Of a DNA stretch of 64,000 nt, positions 33,017-43,041 are shown piece by piece (the first letter of the stretch is position 1; the number at the start of each line of letters is the position of its first letter). Location: the IMG/VR virus record IMGVR_UViG_3300043410_001892, positions 308,174-372,173 of that record; one strand, written 5' to 3'. The notes below the pieces were generated by a model. That model was not told the DNA's origin. It searched no databases and saw nothing but the letters and a program-made list of their open reading frames with translations. The position numbers and the translations under genes were made by a program.

Positions 33017-34234
33017 TTAGATAATATGTGATGGATATGGTGTCCATGATGGTTGAGGAACAGGCAATTCTAAACTTGTGTGTTTTTCTAAAACTGCATG
33101 CAAATACACGTTACCTATTTTCTTCTCAGGACGTTGAATGCCTTGCAATGTACCAGTAGTTGAAATAACGTTTCTAAACCATTCGTTATACGCATTTGTA
33201 CCATAGTTCATAAACTTAATGACATCAAACTTACCACCCATAACTGCATTTAGTGTATCTGCAACTGTTTTGATATATGCACTATCAACTGTAATCTTAG
33301 ACTTTTCACAAGCATCAAAGAAGCTATACAGTAACCAGCTTTCTTTTGTATCAACTGGTCGCTTTGCATCACATACTGCAGAAAAGTATTCACAAAAGTT
33401 TTCTGTAACCGTTAAGCTATATGCATCATTAAGGAACTCTGTCATTGTATGCAAAGCACCAGGTTTGTCTGTGTCACCAAACTTTGCATGTGTTGCAAAC
33501 ATGTTTGATTTTTCTAAGATCTTTTGCTTTGCATCTGCAAGTAGCCAATAATCTTGATAATTACAATCAGTTCTAACACCAAATAACATTTGATGGTACA
33601 AGTCAATTGGATCAAAACGTTTGCTAGAAACAGTATTCATGTAGATAAGTTTTTCTCTAACTTCATGCTTTTCTGTAGTAGTATAGACTGAACCTGGAAC
33701 TATGCAGTTATCTAGGTCGTTCTCTAACCCCATGTTTTTTGCAATTAGGTATAACATGCAAGCAGTATGCATACCATCAAATGCAATAAATTTATCAGGT
33801 ATTGCAGCATCGCGATAAACTCTAATTGCATTTACTGCATACTGATCAAATTTAGTAATAAGTCCAATTAAGTGATTTATATCTAATTGTCGTTGTAATG
33901 TTGTATCAACCATAATATCACTTAACGGAATATCCTTACATTCACATAGTAGTATGTCGCTCCATTTTTCATACGAGTGTTTACGATTAAAGATCGTCAT
34001 TGCATTCTGTAATCCTAATTGAGTATTGTTAGCTGCACTAACAGTATCAATTAATGTTTCTAATGAAACATAATGCGAATCAGATTTAAAAAATCGTTGA
34101 TTAACCTGTGATGAATATGATGACGTAGGATCAATTGTTAAATTAATTTCTGACGTGTTTATCACCGATTTAGGATTTAACATCCGTTTAATAGTTAATT
34201 CAAAGTTTGTATCTAAATCTAAATCTATGTTCAT
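33017..34234 (-). CDS. ParB/Srx (DGQH-type) domain protein, putative
   Basis: I.VD.T.QR.LD..H...I...FD...V....AFDGMHT; TTGACA-17-TATAAT promoter upstream. Confidence 0.55.
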   Translation of the reverse strand: MNIDLDLDTNFELTIKRMLNPKSVINTSEINLTIDPTSSYSSQVNQRFFKSDSHYVSLETLIDTVSAANNTQLGLQNAMTIFNRKHSYEKWSDILLCECKDIPLSDIMVDTTLQRQLDINHLIGLITKFDQYAVNAIRVYRDAAIPDKFIAFDGMHTACMLYLIAKNMGLENDLDNCIVPGSVYTTTEKHEVREKLIYMNTVSSKRFDPIDLYHQMLFGVRTDCNYQDYWLLADAKQKILEKSNMFATHAKFGDTDKPGALHTMTEFLNDAYSLTVTENFCEYFSAVCDAKRPVDTKESWLLYSFFDACEKSKITVDSAYIKTVADTLNAVMGGKFDVIKFMNYGTNAYNEWFRNVISTTGTLQGIQRPEKKIGNVYLHAVLEKHTSLELPVPQPSWTPYPSHII

Positions 34235-34325
34235 GCTGTTTCCTCACTAGTTGTTTAAAAATTGTTAATATGTGCATATTATACAATAAATACTATGCAA
34301 TGTCAATGATAACGAAGGAATAGAT

Positions 34326-34469
34326 ATGGAATTAATTAAGAGTATTATACATAATGTAATAGTTCATCCAATATTACCATTTTTGCCACGTAAATGGGCA
34401 AAAGTAATACATGAAAAAAACGCCCTGTGGGCATATGGTCCAAATGGACCATTTAATGGTTTAGATTAG
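34326..34469 (+). CDS. Small hypothetical protein (47 aa, not in track)
   Basis: MELIKSIIHNVIVHPILPFLP...; AAGGA RBS; abuts the lipase RBS. Confidence 0.55.
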   Translation: MELIKSIIHNVIVHPILPFLPRKWAKVIHEKNALWAYGPNGPFNGLD

Positions 34470-34478
34470 GAGCGTAAT

Positions 34479-35243
34479 ATGATATCAGATTTAACATTTG
34501 AAGAACAGTCTTTATTTTTTGCAAAACTAAGTTCTCTAGCGTATAACGATTATCAGTTATTCGATGGGTATGGTCTTAGTGGTGTATTTTTAAGTAATGG
34601 CGGATCACAGGCGTATGTACTGTGGAATAATGATGACATGATTATTGTATGTCGAGGAACTCAACCAAATGAACTTAATGACATTATTCACGATCTTGAA
34701 TTTGGATTAGTATCAAGTAGATCAGGATACGGACATGTTCACCGTGGGTTCCAAACCAGTATAGATTTAATATGGGTTGATATGCTTAAATTATTGCAGA
34801 AGTTTGGTTCTAATCGTAAGTTATGGTGTACTGGGCATAGTCTAGGTGCTGCAATGTCAACACTGGTTGCTGCACGATGTGCAAGAACAGATAAATTGCC
34901 ATGTCCAACGTTATTTACTTATGGTAGTCCGCGTGTAGGAAATATAGAATTTATTAGACATATGAATAATTTAGGAGTAGAACATCATAGATGGGTAAAC
35001 AATGCAGATATTGTTACGCGTAATCCAATTTATCCATATAAGCATCATGGAAAATTACACTACTTTGATCATTATGGCGATGTAAGAATTTTTACAAGAT
35101 GGCAAATGATCAAAGATAGAGTAAAAGGTTTTTATAAAGGTTTTAAAAAAGGTAAAGTGAATTTCTTTGTAAATCACTTTATGGATAACTACCTTAAGAA
35201 TTTAGAAAAGTTACAACCTTCCCCAAATGTCCCTGTTGACTGA
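34479..35243 (+). CDS. Class 3 lipase (alpha/beta hydrolase)
   Basis: RGT, VHRGF, GHSLGAA nucleophile elbow, YG.PRVG, N.AD.V, late His. Confidence 0.9.
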   Translation: MISDLTFEEQSLFFAKLSSLAYNDYQLFDGYGLSGVFLSNGGSQAYVLWNNDDMIIVCRGTQPNELNDIIHDLEFGLVSSRSGYGHVHRGFQTSIDLIWVDMLKLLQKFGSNRKLWCTGHSLGAAMSTLVAARCARTDKLPCPTLFTYGSPRVGNIEFIRHMNNLGVEHHRWVNNADIVTRNPIYPYKHHGKLHYFDHYGDVRIFTRWQMIKDRVKGFYKGFKKGKVNFFVNHFMDNYLKNLEKLQPSPNVPVD

Positions 35244-35966
35244 TTGTTCAATTGGTGTGGTACCAAGTGATGGGAAGAAGTTAATATTTACTATATTTTG
35301 TAATTGTTCAACAGTTAAAAGGTATTTAGGTAAATCTTTAGCAGACACTGAGTCATTTGGTATCAAAAACGCAATTGATTGTTTATTAGTTTCGTCGTAG
35401 ATAACCTTCCATAAGTAGTCCGGAATAACTACACCTTTGCCAATAGTTTTAAATGGTTTATCAGGCATGTGATAGGTACCGGATATTACATAAATGTCTC
35501 TTCCATCTTCAGCCCAATTTCGAACTGTGGCTTCCAACTTGTTCCAGATGCCTCTATTGTGAGCTGGAACTTGTGGAACCATGTTTGCGAGAGAAAAGCT
35601 TTCGCTCATCACCTCCTTGCTTTGTGTACTATCACCTGCAGGTACTAAGTGTCCTCTATCATATGGATGTCCTGCATAGTCATGCAGTGTTGAACGAAAT
35701 TGTTCAGGTAACGTTAAGTCCGGATGGAAATCATCTTCACGGTGGAATTCACCGTGTATATCTTCAGGTGATACATGTTCAACTACGTATTCTGCAGTCT
35801 TAGTATCATAACGATAATGAATTGCGTAATTCTGTTTACACATATATTGAGTAGCTGTTAGTTTTGAAACAGGTGCACCATATATTGTAAATTGCGGACA
35901 TTTATCGTCAATGGGGTTTGCTGCTACCGTTAGAGGTAACAGTAGTAATAATAAGAGTTTTTTCAT
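35211..35966 (-). CDS. DNA/RNA non-specific endonuclease (NucA-type) with signal peptide
   Basis: YDRGHLVPA.D, SF...NM.PQ...NRGIW..LE. Confidence 0.92.
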   Translation of the reverse strand: MKKLLLLLLLPLTVAANPIDDKCPQFTIYGAPVSKLTATQYMCKQNYAIHYRYDTKTAEYVVEHVSPEDIHGEFHREDDFHPDLTLPEQFRSTLHDYAGHPYDRGHLVPAGDSTQSKEVMSESFSLANMVPQVPAHNRGIWNKLEATVRNWAEDGRDIYVISGTYHMPDKPFKTIGKGVVIPDYLWKVIYDETNKQSIAFLIPNDSVSAKDLPKYLLTVEQLQNIVNINFFPSLGTTPIEQSVNRDIWGRL

Positions 35967-36373
35967 TTTAACCAGCCTATTTTTTTATTGTTGATAGTGC
36001 GAAAAATATATTCATCAATGCTTCCGGGGAATCTCCATGCCCATATTGCTACAAGCAACATAACACTTCCTGACCCAAAGATAGCATGTAAATTATGTGA
36101 AGTAAACCATATTGCAACTAATGAACTTGACATTACAAGTAACATCATATATTTCATTTTAGTTGGGAATACTTTCATGTTGACCCAATTATTTAAAAAT
36201 GGACCAAACTGTTTATGATTGTAGATCCATGTATGCATTCTAGGACTTCCTTTACTAAATGCATACGCAGATCCTACTAAAAATGGACTAAACGGTATAC
36301 CTGGAGTAACTACTCCAATATATGCTAGTCCTAATAAAATAAATCCTAAGATTTTCCAAAGTGTTTTTTTCAT
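35963..36373 (-). CDS. YbaN/DUF454 family membrane protein
   Basis: G.IG..PGIP..PFL..AYAFS..SPR.H.W...H..FGP...NW. Confidence 0.8.
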   Translation of the reverse strand: MKKTLWKILGFILLGLAYIGVVTPGIPFSPFLVGSAYAFSKGSPRMHTWIYNHKQFGPFLNNWVNMKVFPTKMKYMMLLVMSSSLVAIWFTSHNLHAIFGSGSVMLLVAIWAWRFPGSIDEYIFRTINNKKIGWLK

Positions 36374-36927
36374 TAGATCATAAAGTTTTGAGCAAATTCA
36401 AGACTGCATCTTTCTAATGCTTCGTCCCATATATCTTCAAGATCTGTTTCAAGTGCTAATTCTGAATCACAAGTTGATTTACACCAGCTAATGCTAGTAG
36501 TAGTTTGTTTTGAACCATTTATTTGTGATTCTAAATCTTCTAAATTCCATGTACACATACCCAAGAACATTCTCCATTGTTCTGGTTCGTCACCTACTTC
36601 AAATCGTGAAAGTATTTCATCATCTGAGCTTAAACAAAAATGTTCACTAATTTGGAATGTATTTCTACTTCTCCATTCTGTTGAATGTAATAATGAAAAA
36701 CTTGTTTGTCTATCTGGGCCTCCTATATGTAGCATACCTGACACATGTTCAAGGTTTGCACTTAGTCTTGATCCAAATTCGTTGATTGTCATACGACTGT
36801 CCTTATTTAAAATAAGTCCAGTTACGCAATTTGATCGTTCAATGTCAGTGACTAAAATAGTCGATCGTTCCCATAGATGATGTTTTACGCTTGGTGGTGC
36901 TATTAGTAATGTTCCTGGTTTTATCAT
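36373..36927 (-). CDS. YqgE/AlgH (DUF179) family protein
   Basis: G.LLIA.P......RS......GLILNK...GGP...LLH...R.FLG...W...L.. Confidence 0.8.
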   Translation of the reverse strand: MIKPGTLLIAPPSVKHHLWERSTILVTDIERSNCVTGLILNKDSRMTINEFGSRLSANLEHVSGMLHIGGPDRQTSFSLLHSTEWRSRNTFQISEHFCLSSDDEILSRFEVGDEPEQWRMFLGMCTWNLEDLESQINGSKQTTTSISWCKSTCDSELALETDLEDIWDEALERCSLEFAQNFMI

Positions 36928-36930
36928 ATG

Positions 36931-37968
36931 TTATGTTGGGTTATAAGTGTTATAATATTCGATTACGTCACCTTTAGTGTAATAATCTTGTCCTTTTGCT
37001 TGCGCAAATTTAGCAAATGCAGGGTTTGATCTCCATAAACTATCTCTAGAAATTTGAGTTCCTTTTAATGTTGAGTGATCACCTTTTCTTCCTATGACTT
37101 CAGAATTGCTTTTGTTTTTTGACCATGGTAAGAATGTTAGCATGTATATTTCAGAACCGGTCATTCCAGGTTTTACACCAATTACTTTATAATACTTATA
37201 AACATAATCTAATTGTTGTAATTGTGTCATGCTTGCAAGTTCTTTAAACGAAGTTCCTAGTCTTGCTGCTGTGTCTTCTGAAAATTGAATCAAACCAATG
37301 TGGTGACCTTTAGGCTCTCTTATTGAAGGCTTAAATGTCCCACCTGATTCGTGTTCCATAATTTTCATTAAAGTGTTTGGATCTATACCTAACTGCCCTG
37401 CAATCTTTTCAACTTTTTGAATAAATCCTGCTTCAAGTTTTCCGTTATAAGATTTCAATGGCTCAACTTTTGTTTTAGGTTCTTCATTACCTTTTGGTTC
37501 TTCATTACCTTTTAGTAGTTCGTCATCTTGATCAGTTCTAAATTGTTTAGTTATATCTTGATCTTGATCAGTGTTTTGTCTTGGTGTAACATTAAAATTA
37601 TCTATCGGTCTTTCTTTAGTGCCTTGTCCTTTATCACCTCCCAGTAATCTTGACACTAATGTAGTTAAGTATGCCATAACACCATTGATTTCAGGTGTTG
37701 CAATCAATGCAGTGTTGACATGATCGATAAATGTTGGATCAGCTTTTCCAGTAGCTGGCAATGATAAATCAGTCTGTGCTTGTTTTATAGCAGTCTCTGT
37801 TGGTAAATCATATTGTCCAGTTATTTGGTTTGGTTGCATATATTGAAATGCAACCAATATTTTTTGCAAATTTTGAGTATCGTCAGTGGTAGTAAGACTA
37901 ACAGGCAGTTGGTAAATCCCGTGAGTGCTTGCATAATCTTCGTTTATTCCAAATTCAGAGAATCTCAT
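36931..37968 (-). CDS. Peptidoglycan-binding plus lytic transglycosylase-like protein
   Basis: LQ..L......ITG.Y...T..AIK..Q..L.L..TG.AD (PG-binding); M..ESG..F.P......GLIQF...TA. Confidence 0.75.
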   Translation of the reverse strand: MRFSEFGINEDYASTHGIYQLPVSLTTTDDTQNLQKILVAFQYMQPNQITGQYDLPTETAIKQAQTDLSLPATGKADPTFIDHVNTALIATPEINGVMAYLTTLVSRLLGGDKGQGTKERPIDNFNVTPRQNTDQDQDITKQFRTDQDDELLKGNEEPKGNEEPKTKVEPLKSYNGKLEAGFIQKVEKIAGQLGIDPNTLMKIMEHESGGTFKPSIREPKGHHIGLIQFSEDTAARLGTSFKELASMTQLQQLDYVYKYYKVIGVKPGMTGSEIYMLTFLPWSKNKSNSEVIGRKGDHSTLKGTQISRDSLWRSNPAFAKFAQAKGQDYYTKGDVIEYYNTYNPT

Positions 37969-37970
37969 GT

Positions 37971-38354
37971 TTAACTCCAGTCTGGTAAAGGTCCACCGTA
38001 CTTAGCGCCTTTAATTTTCTTCCCATCAACTTTTACTCTTTTTCCTTTAGAACCTTTTGTACTTTTGCCACCCTTATTGATCAAATGGCTTTTATCACCG
38101 TCGCGAGCTCGTAAACCTTGACTTTTACAACTTGCCAATTGGCTAGCACCAAGATCTTTGTCTGGTTTAGAACTTTTGCATAATTTTACACTAGCTTTGC
38201 CTCTTTCGTCAAGATGCATTTCTTCAGTTTCTAAAGATTTTTGTTTGTATCTTGGTTCAGCAGCATGTCCACGTGGTGGACGATCGCTTGCACGACCTGT
38301 TCGTTTTGGCGTAGTGCCAATCTTTTCTTCTTTAATGAATTCTACAGCTCTCAT
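37971..38354 (-). CDS. Basic hypothetical protein with capsid-targeting-like N-terminus
   Basis: Start MRAVEFIKEE; ASCKSQGLRAR...YGGPLPDWS. Confidence 0.7.
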   Translation of the reverse strand: MRAVEFIKEEKIGTTPKRTGRASDRPPRGHAAEPRYKQKSLETEEMHLDERGKASVKLCKSSKPDKDLGASQLASCKSQGLRARDGDKSHLINKGGKSTKGSKGKRVKVDGKKIKGAKYGGPLPDWS

Positions 38355-38379
38355 AAGTATTCCTTTATTGATAATATAT

Positions 38380-39189
38380 TTATCTACTAATATATTCAAA
38401 TACATTAAGCCATGGCCGTTTTCCTATAGTTTCTTTTAGATGGGTTAAATTAGCACATGTTTTATTTCTTATTGCAGAATTAGTTGACTCAACTAACACA
38501 ATTTCAGCATCTTCTCTTTCTGCAATAGCTTCTGCTATATCTAAATAGCTATGTGCTAACCCTGAACCAACATTCCAAATGCCTGAACCATGTACTGTTT
38601 TAATAAAATCAATATGCAGCTTACACACATCACCGACCCAAACCCAATCACGTTTAATATGCTCAGCGTTATCCCAAACAGAAACTTTTCCAGTTTTATG
38701 GGCTTCTTCCTGCCAGCGATGTATAATATTAGCTTGATTGCCTCGGAGATGCATGTATTTGCCGTATACATTGAAATATCTAAATCCTTGTACAAATGCA
38801 GTATGTGCGGATTGCCTAAATGCCCATCTGTCAAAGAGATATTTACTCCATGCATACGGAGTTAGTGGTGAACACGCTGCAGTTTCACTAAAGTCTCGAT
38901 TATTACCATATACTGAACTTGTACTAGCATATTGTAAGTGAACTTCGTTAGTTTGACATTCGTTAAACAACCATTGGCTAAATTCATAATTTTGAATCAT
39001 AAACTTATCAATGTTTGTTTCAGTTTTGTCAGTTATTGCACCTAGATGGATTACCCATTGATACTTTTTAATATCAGGTAAATTGTTGGGATCGTAATCC
39101 CAACAATGTACATGCCATCCTTCGGCAGATAACCATTCAACCATATTTCGACCGATGAAACCAGACGAACCGGTTACTAAGATATTCAT
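38380..39189 (-). CDS. hldD: NAD-dependent epimerase, ADP-L-glycero-D-manno-heptose 6-epimerase-like
   Basis: GSSGFIG, HLGA..D.TE, YAS.SSVYG, YAWSK (YxxxK), GFRYFNVYG, RDWV.V.D, NVGSG. Confidence 0.75.
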   Translation of the reverse strand: MNILVTGSSGFIGRNMVEWLSAEGWHVHCWDYDPNNLPDIKKYQWVIHLGAITDKTETNIDKFMIQNYEFSQWLFNECQTNEVHLQYASTSSVYGNNRDFSETAACSPLTPYAWSKYLFDRWAFRQSAHTAFVQGFRYFNVYGKYMHLRGNQANIIHRWQEEAHKTGKVSVWDNAEHIKRDWVWVGDVCKLHIDFIKTVHGSGIWNVGSGLAHSYLDIAEAIAEREDAEIVLVESTNSAIRNKTCANLTHLKETIGKRPWLNVFEYISR

Positions 39190-39386
39190 TCGTCGTCGTG
39201 TATAACTAGTGAATAATCAACGCTAGAGAATGGACAGAGAACATACTCTTCAGCATCTTCTCTATTGTCAAATGTCTCCATTTCACATCGTGAATCGGTA
39301 TACTTAAAGACATGTATTGGACCGTCTTCATTTTGGCGGACTTGAACTGAATGTGTGTTAAAAACTATAGTGCAAAGGTTAATCAT
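39186..39386 (-). CDS. Hypothetical protein
   Basis: 66 aa; resembles 44770..44973 (Q......VF(K/A)(Y/F)....RC). Confidence 0.55.
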   Translation of the reverse strand: MINLCTIVFNTHSVQVRQNEDGPIHVFKYTDSRCEMETFDNREDAEEYVLCPFSSVDYSLVIHDDE

Positions 39387-39415
39387 CGAACCACTCCCTT
39401 ATTATAATATTTATG

Positions 39416-39910
39416 TTAAGTTACTGGTAACAAAATTGATTCTAACCATACCTTACAGTCTTCCCATTTCTTATATTGATACCCAACACCGCCTGCTTCA
39501 TTCCATTCAGTAATGTTGCTCATTCGATCATCAATTAAGATATCACCAAACTGACAACGTTTTACTTTTTCATGACTACGCGGACCAATAAACACAGGTA
39601 TACCCGGAAAGTACTTTTGGCACCACTCAACTTTATCCATAACTGCATAAGGAACATCGTTGTTTCTTGGAATAGCTGTTAAGAAAAACAAACCAGCATT
39701 GTGCTTATGGCAGTAAACTCGTAACCAGTTTATAAGTTCGTAACCACCATCTCTTACTTTAAGGTCACGATATAGTCTTTGATTGTCGGCTAGTCGATTC
39801 CACTCTTCTGGAGGTAACCGTTCTCGATCATCAAGTTCCTTGTTAAAGAACTCTTGTGCATATCCTTTGAAGTCTGCAACAACTTCATCCATATCTACAT
39901 ATATATTCAT
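39416..39910 (-). CDS. HAD-family 5'(3')-deoxyribonucleotidase
   Basis: IYVDMD.V.ADF, LTA, K..W, ILIDDR..N..EW..AGG. Confidence 0.85.
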   Translation of the reverse strand: MNIYVDMDEVVADFKGYAQEFFNKELDDRERLPPEEWNRLADNQRLYRDLKVRDGGYELINWLRVYCHKHNAGLFFLTAIPRNNDVPYAVMDKVEWCQKYFPGIPVFIGPRSHEKVKRCQFGDILIDDRMSNITEWNEAGGVGYQYKKWEDCKVWLESILLPVT

Positions 39911-40242
39911 TAGTTACCTGCAGGTTGTTGTACGATAACATCTCTATTTGGAAAACGAGCTTGAACTGCAGCTATTGCCTCTTCTAAACTTTTACCTTGA
40001 CCCGCAAAGATATTAGTTGAAATATCATATAGATACCAATGAGTGTTTACATTTTCAACTGAAACGATTAGTGCATCAGGGTCGTCAACGTCTTCAGGAC
40101 CGGATACTGCTTCGTGATAATCTCTAATAGCTTGAATTAGTTCGTTTGGCGAATGCTTCATAGCACTACGATGCATCATCAATATAAGCCATGCACCTGA
40201 TAAAACCCCAATAATAAAAACACCAATAAAAATTGCAATCAT
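39910..40242 (-). CDS. Hypothetical membrane-anchored protein
   Basis: N-terminal TM helix; YLYD....F.GQG. Confidence 0.65.
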   Translation of the reverse strand: MIAIFIGVFIIGVLSGAWLILMMHRSAMKHSPNELIQAIRDYHEAVSGPEDVDDPDALIVSVENVNTHWYLYDISTNIFAGQGKSLEEAIAAVQARFPNRDVIVQQPAGN

Positions 40243-40254
40243 CTCTAGTTCTCC

Positions 40255-40587
40255 TTAGTTTAAGTGTGAAGTGTCTAATTCTTCAATGTAAATATACAAT
40301 GTAGCATAAGATTTGTCCTCTGCTAATTTAATTATACAAAAATGCCCTAGTTCAATTACTTTCAATTCGATAGCAAGTAGTTCTTTTTGAAACTCCTTAA
40401 TCTTCTCATGGGCAATTAGTGCAACATTAGCAACTGGCAGCGGATCTTGCCGATATACATCAGTTGGTGTTACAACCAACATACAATGCTTTGATTCTTT
40501 TAGAGACTTGGCAATCTCATCGATTACCTTATCTAAAAGCGTAGGTTGAAAAAATTTACGCAAATATTTTACTGTGTCGTTAAACAT
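40255..40587 (-). CDS. Hypothetical protein
   Basis: 110-aa ORF. Confidence 0.6.
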   Translation of the reverse strand: MFNDTVKYLRKFFQPTLLDKVIDEIAKSLKESKHCMLVVTPTDVYRQDPLPVANVALIAHEKIKEFQKELLAIELKVIELGHFCIIKLAEDKSYATLYIYIEELDTSHLN

Positions 40588-40945
40588 CTTGTTCCTTAGT
40601 TAGTGGACGTTTATTACCGGCTTTATCAATACTAACAAATGTAATGTTAGTGCTGAAAGCATGTTCTCTTGGGTTTGATCGGTCATCGCAGTACACATCA
40701 ATTTTAAATGTAACTGATGAATTACCGACCGTTGTAAGTACAGCATCAAATTCTAAAATAGATCCGGCTGGTACACGCTTAGTAAACGATACGCTGTCTA
40801 AACCGCGTGTAACAAACTCATGTCCTGGAAATTCGTAGTTAGCTGATACGTAGCCTACTGAATCGATCCAGTGCAGCATTTGTCCGCCAAATAAAAAATT
40901 ATAGTGATTTAAGTGTGAAGCTAACACTAGTTTGTGATGTTTCAT
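40580..40945 (-). CDS. Acyl-CoA thioesterase (hotdog fold, YciA-like)
   Basis: HLN....LFGG.ML.WID......A....VT....V.F...V..G...VGNSS....TFV.ID..G..RP. Confidence 0.85.
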   Translation of the reverse strand: MKHHKLVLASHLNHYNFLFGGQMLHWIDSVGYVSANYEFPGHEFVTRGLDSVSFTKRVPAGSILEFDAVLTTVGNSSVTFKIDVYCDDRSNPREHAFSTNITFVSIDKAGNKRPLTKEQDV

Positions 40946-40984
40946 AATTTATACCTTAAAAAAGACTAAATACAAATAAAAAAA

Positions 40985-41039
40985 GCTGCTCGCGATCTTG
41001 GCGGATCCAGCAGCATTAACGTCGTTAAGGGACATCAAC
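40985..41039 (+). promoter_or_regulatory. Hairpin leader of homing endonuclease, downstream of a late-type TAAATA
   Basis: GCTGCT/AGCAGC stem enclosing GATC/GATC, then a small hairpin over the AAGGGA RBS. Confidence 0.45.
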
Positions 41040-41774
41040 ATGATTATTTATCAACCATTTACATACCTTATTAAATTTAAACCAACAGGCCAAGTTTATT
41101 ATGGAGTTAGGTATGCAAAAAATTGCAACCCAACACAGTTGTGGACAACATATTTTACTTCTTCGAAACAAATAAAAAACTTAATCAAAGAATACGGAAT
41201 TGCTTCATTTCAAACACAAATACGACATGTGTTCAATACAAAAGAAGCAGCAGTTTTATGGGAATCTAAGATTCTATCAAAGTTTAATGCTGCATTAAAT
41301 CCTTTATGGTTAAATCAAAACAATGGAGATAGAAAATTTATAGGAAGTCGTAAGTGGACTGACTATCAAAAACAAATTCTTTCTCAGAAGTTATCAGGTC
41401 GGAAACTATCAGACGAAACTAAGTCTAAATTGTCAGCAGTTCACAAAGGAAAACCAAAACCTCCTATTTCTGATGAAACTCGTGCTAAATTAAAAAATGC
41501 AGCAAACAACGTTTCTGATGAAACTCGTGCTAAAATCTCAAATTCGTTAAACGGTCACTTAGTATCTACAGAAACTCGATCTAAGATTAGTGTTGCTAAT
41601 ACTGGAAAAACCCACACTGCTGAGACTAAAGCTAAGTTATCAACTATACGAAAAGGTAAACCGTTATCTGCAGAACATCGGGCAAAAATCGCAGCATCAT
41701 CAAGAGTAAGACCGCCAGTGTCAGATGAAACCCGCGCTAAAATTTCTGCATCTAAACGTAAAAATAAACCATAA
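41040..41774 (+). CDS. Free-standing GIY-YIG-type homing endonuclease with NUMOD3 repeats (Seg-like)
   Basis: FTY.I......YYGVR.......YF.SS...E..N catalytic domain; about 7 S(D/A)ETRAKIS repeats; opposite strand to upstream neighbours. Confidence 0.85.
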   Translation: MIIYQPFTYLIKFKPTGQVYYGVRYAKNCNPTQLWTTYFTSSKQIKNLIKEYGIASFQTQIRHVFNTKEAAVLWESKILSKFNAALNPLWLNQNNGDRKFIGSRKWTDYQKQILSQKLSGRKLSDETKSKLSAVHKGKPKPPISDETRAKLKNAANNVSDETRAKISNSLNGHLVSTETRSKISVANTGKTHTAETKAKLSTIRKGKPLSAEHRAKIAASSRVRPPVSDETRAKISASKRKNKP

Positions 41775-41779
41775 ATTCC

Positions 41780-41787
41780 TATAAATA
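41780..41787 (+). promoter_or_regulatory. T4-type late promoter TATAAATA (representative of many NTAAATA sites)
   Basis: Exact T4 late consensus 20 nt before the ATG; (A/C/G/T)TAAATA also precedes about 15 other genes. Confidence 0.7.
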
Positions 41788-41807
41788 TATTATTATTTGG
41801 GTACAAC

Positions 41808-42527
41808 ATGAAAATTGAAGAAATACTAAGTGAAATAAAGTTTAAACCACGGATATCAAATAAATCTACAAGTGGTGTATTACAGTCACCAAGGTTGCAA
41901 TTTATTGCAGCTGGGTGTCAAGCCATTGCATACTATCATAAAACACATCCTAATACAGTAGTTAAAGTAGCTGCAGTATCAGGCGAAGATGATCCAATAT
42001 GGCAGTTCTTACGTGTATGTATCAATCATCCTAATAATCCGTATTTTCCAAAAATATTCAATCATAAAGTTTTTAACCTACAAGGTATAACACCTGAAGA
42101 AATAGACTATTTAGAGTCACAACCTGAGTTTGAATACCTTCCTATACACGACAATAGAAAGATGCAAATCTTAATAGTAACCGAGTTACTACAAGAAACT
42201 GATTCTGAACAGTTTGAAACATCATTAAACCGTATTGGAATACTTGATTACATCGTTAGCATGAAACCACAAGTCCAGGCTCAACGTAGAGCAAAGTATA
42301 ATATTACAACAGAATTTGCATGGATTCATCTGATGGATACACCACAGTTCCGTCGTGAAATAAGAAACCTTGCTACTGATAAGCATTTTAAAGATGCAAT
42401 GCGATTACTTGAACCATTATTTGCAAATACACGGTTTTATGCAGATGTCCATCTTGCTAATATGATGACACGCAGAAATGGACATCTAGTGTTCAATGAT
42501 CCGTTAGCACTTGCACTAACAGGTTAG
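41808..42527 (+). CDS. Protein kinase-like fold protein
   Basis: G....AY, VVKV, E.L, D.H..N.M, LVFNDP; MKIEEILSE start. Confidence 0.7.
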   Translation: MKIEEILSEIKFKPRISNKSTSGVLQSPRLQFIAAGCQAIAYYHKTHPNTVVKVAAVSGEDDPIWQFLRVCINHPNNPYFPKIFNHKVFNLQGITPEEIDYLESQPEFEYLPIHDNRKMQILIVTELLQETDSEQFETSLNRIGILDYIVSMKPQVQAQRRAKYNITTEFAWIHLMDTPQFRREIRNLATDKHFKDAMRLLEPLFANTRFYADVHLANMMTRRNGHLVFNDPLALALTG

Positions 42528-42772
42528 TACATTTCTGAATCTTTTGGAATACTGTCACACCAGCGTAAAACAAATACTCCGCGTTTCTTTTCGCTTTTAA
42601 AACTCCAAAGGCGTTCTGTCATACGAGTGCCGCAGTTATTATCCTTACACCATTGTTCCATTTCGTTACCTAATTCTTCGGTTATTTGTCCTTTGTCAAA
42701 AACAATCCCAGGTAGTCTAAACATTCCTACTTCACAAGTAGTCATGCCGTGTTGTTTGTTAGTGGTTGTCAT
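42524..42772 (-). CDS. Hypothetical protein
   Basis: 82 aa, F.LRW C-terminus. Confidence 0.6.
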   Translation of the reverse strand: MTTTNKQHGMTTCEVGMFRLPGIVFDKGQITEELGNEMEQWCKDNNCGTRMTERLWSFKSEKKRGVFVLRWCDSIPKDSEMY

Positions 42773-42780
42773 ATGATCTC

Positions 42781-43041
42781 CTAAGCTGAATGTTTAATAA
42801 TATATGTCATTACATGTGGTCCTTCAACTACTACTGTGTTCTCAGGTCTACATTGATAAAATTCACGTTTGTTGTACACGTTATTTGTATAAGCCGTTAC
42901 ACGATTTACCTTTACACGTTTTGGAGTAAGTTTAAGTACAGATCCAACTAATTGTTCATTACCTGAGCAATATGCAACTACATCACCTACTTTAATAACT
43001 TTACCTAACAAATCACGATGTTCAATTACTTTAGCTGCCAT
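42781..43041 (-). CDS. Hypothetical protein (SH3/KOW-like)
   Basis: Start MAAKVIEH; D.LG..IKVGD.VA. Confidence 0.6.
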   Translation of the reverse strand: MAAKVIEHRDLLGKVIKVGDVVAYCSGNEQLVGSVLKLTPKRVKVNRVTAYTNNVYNKREFYQCRPENTVVVEGPHVMTYIIKHSA

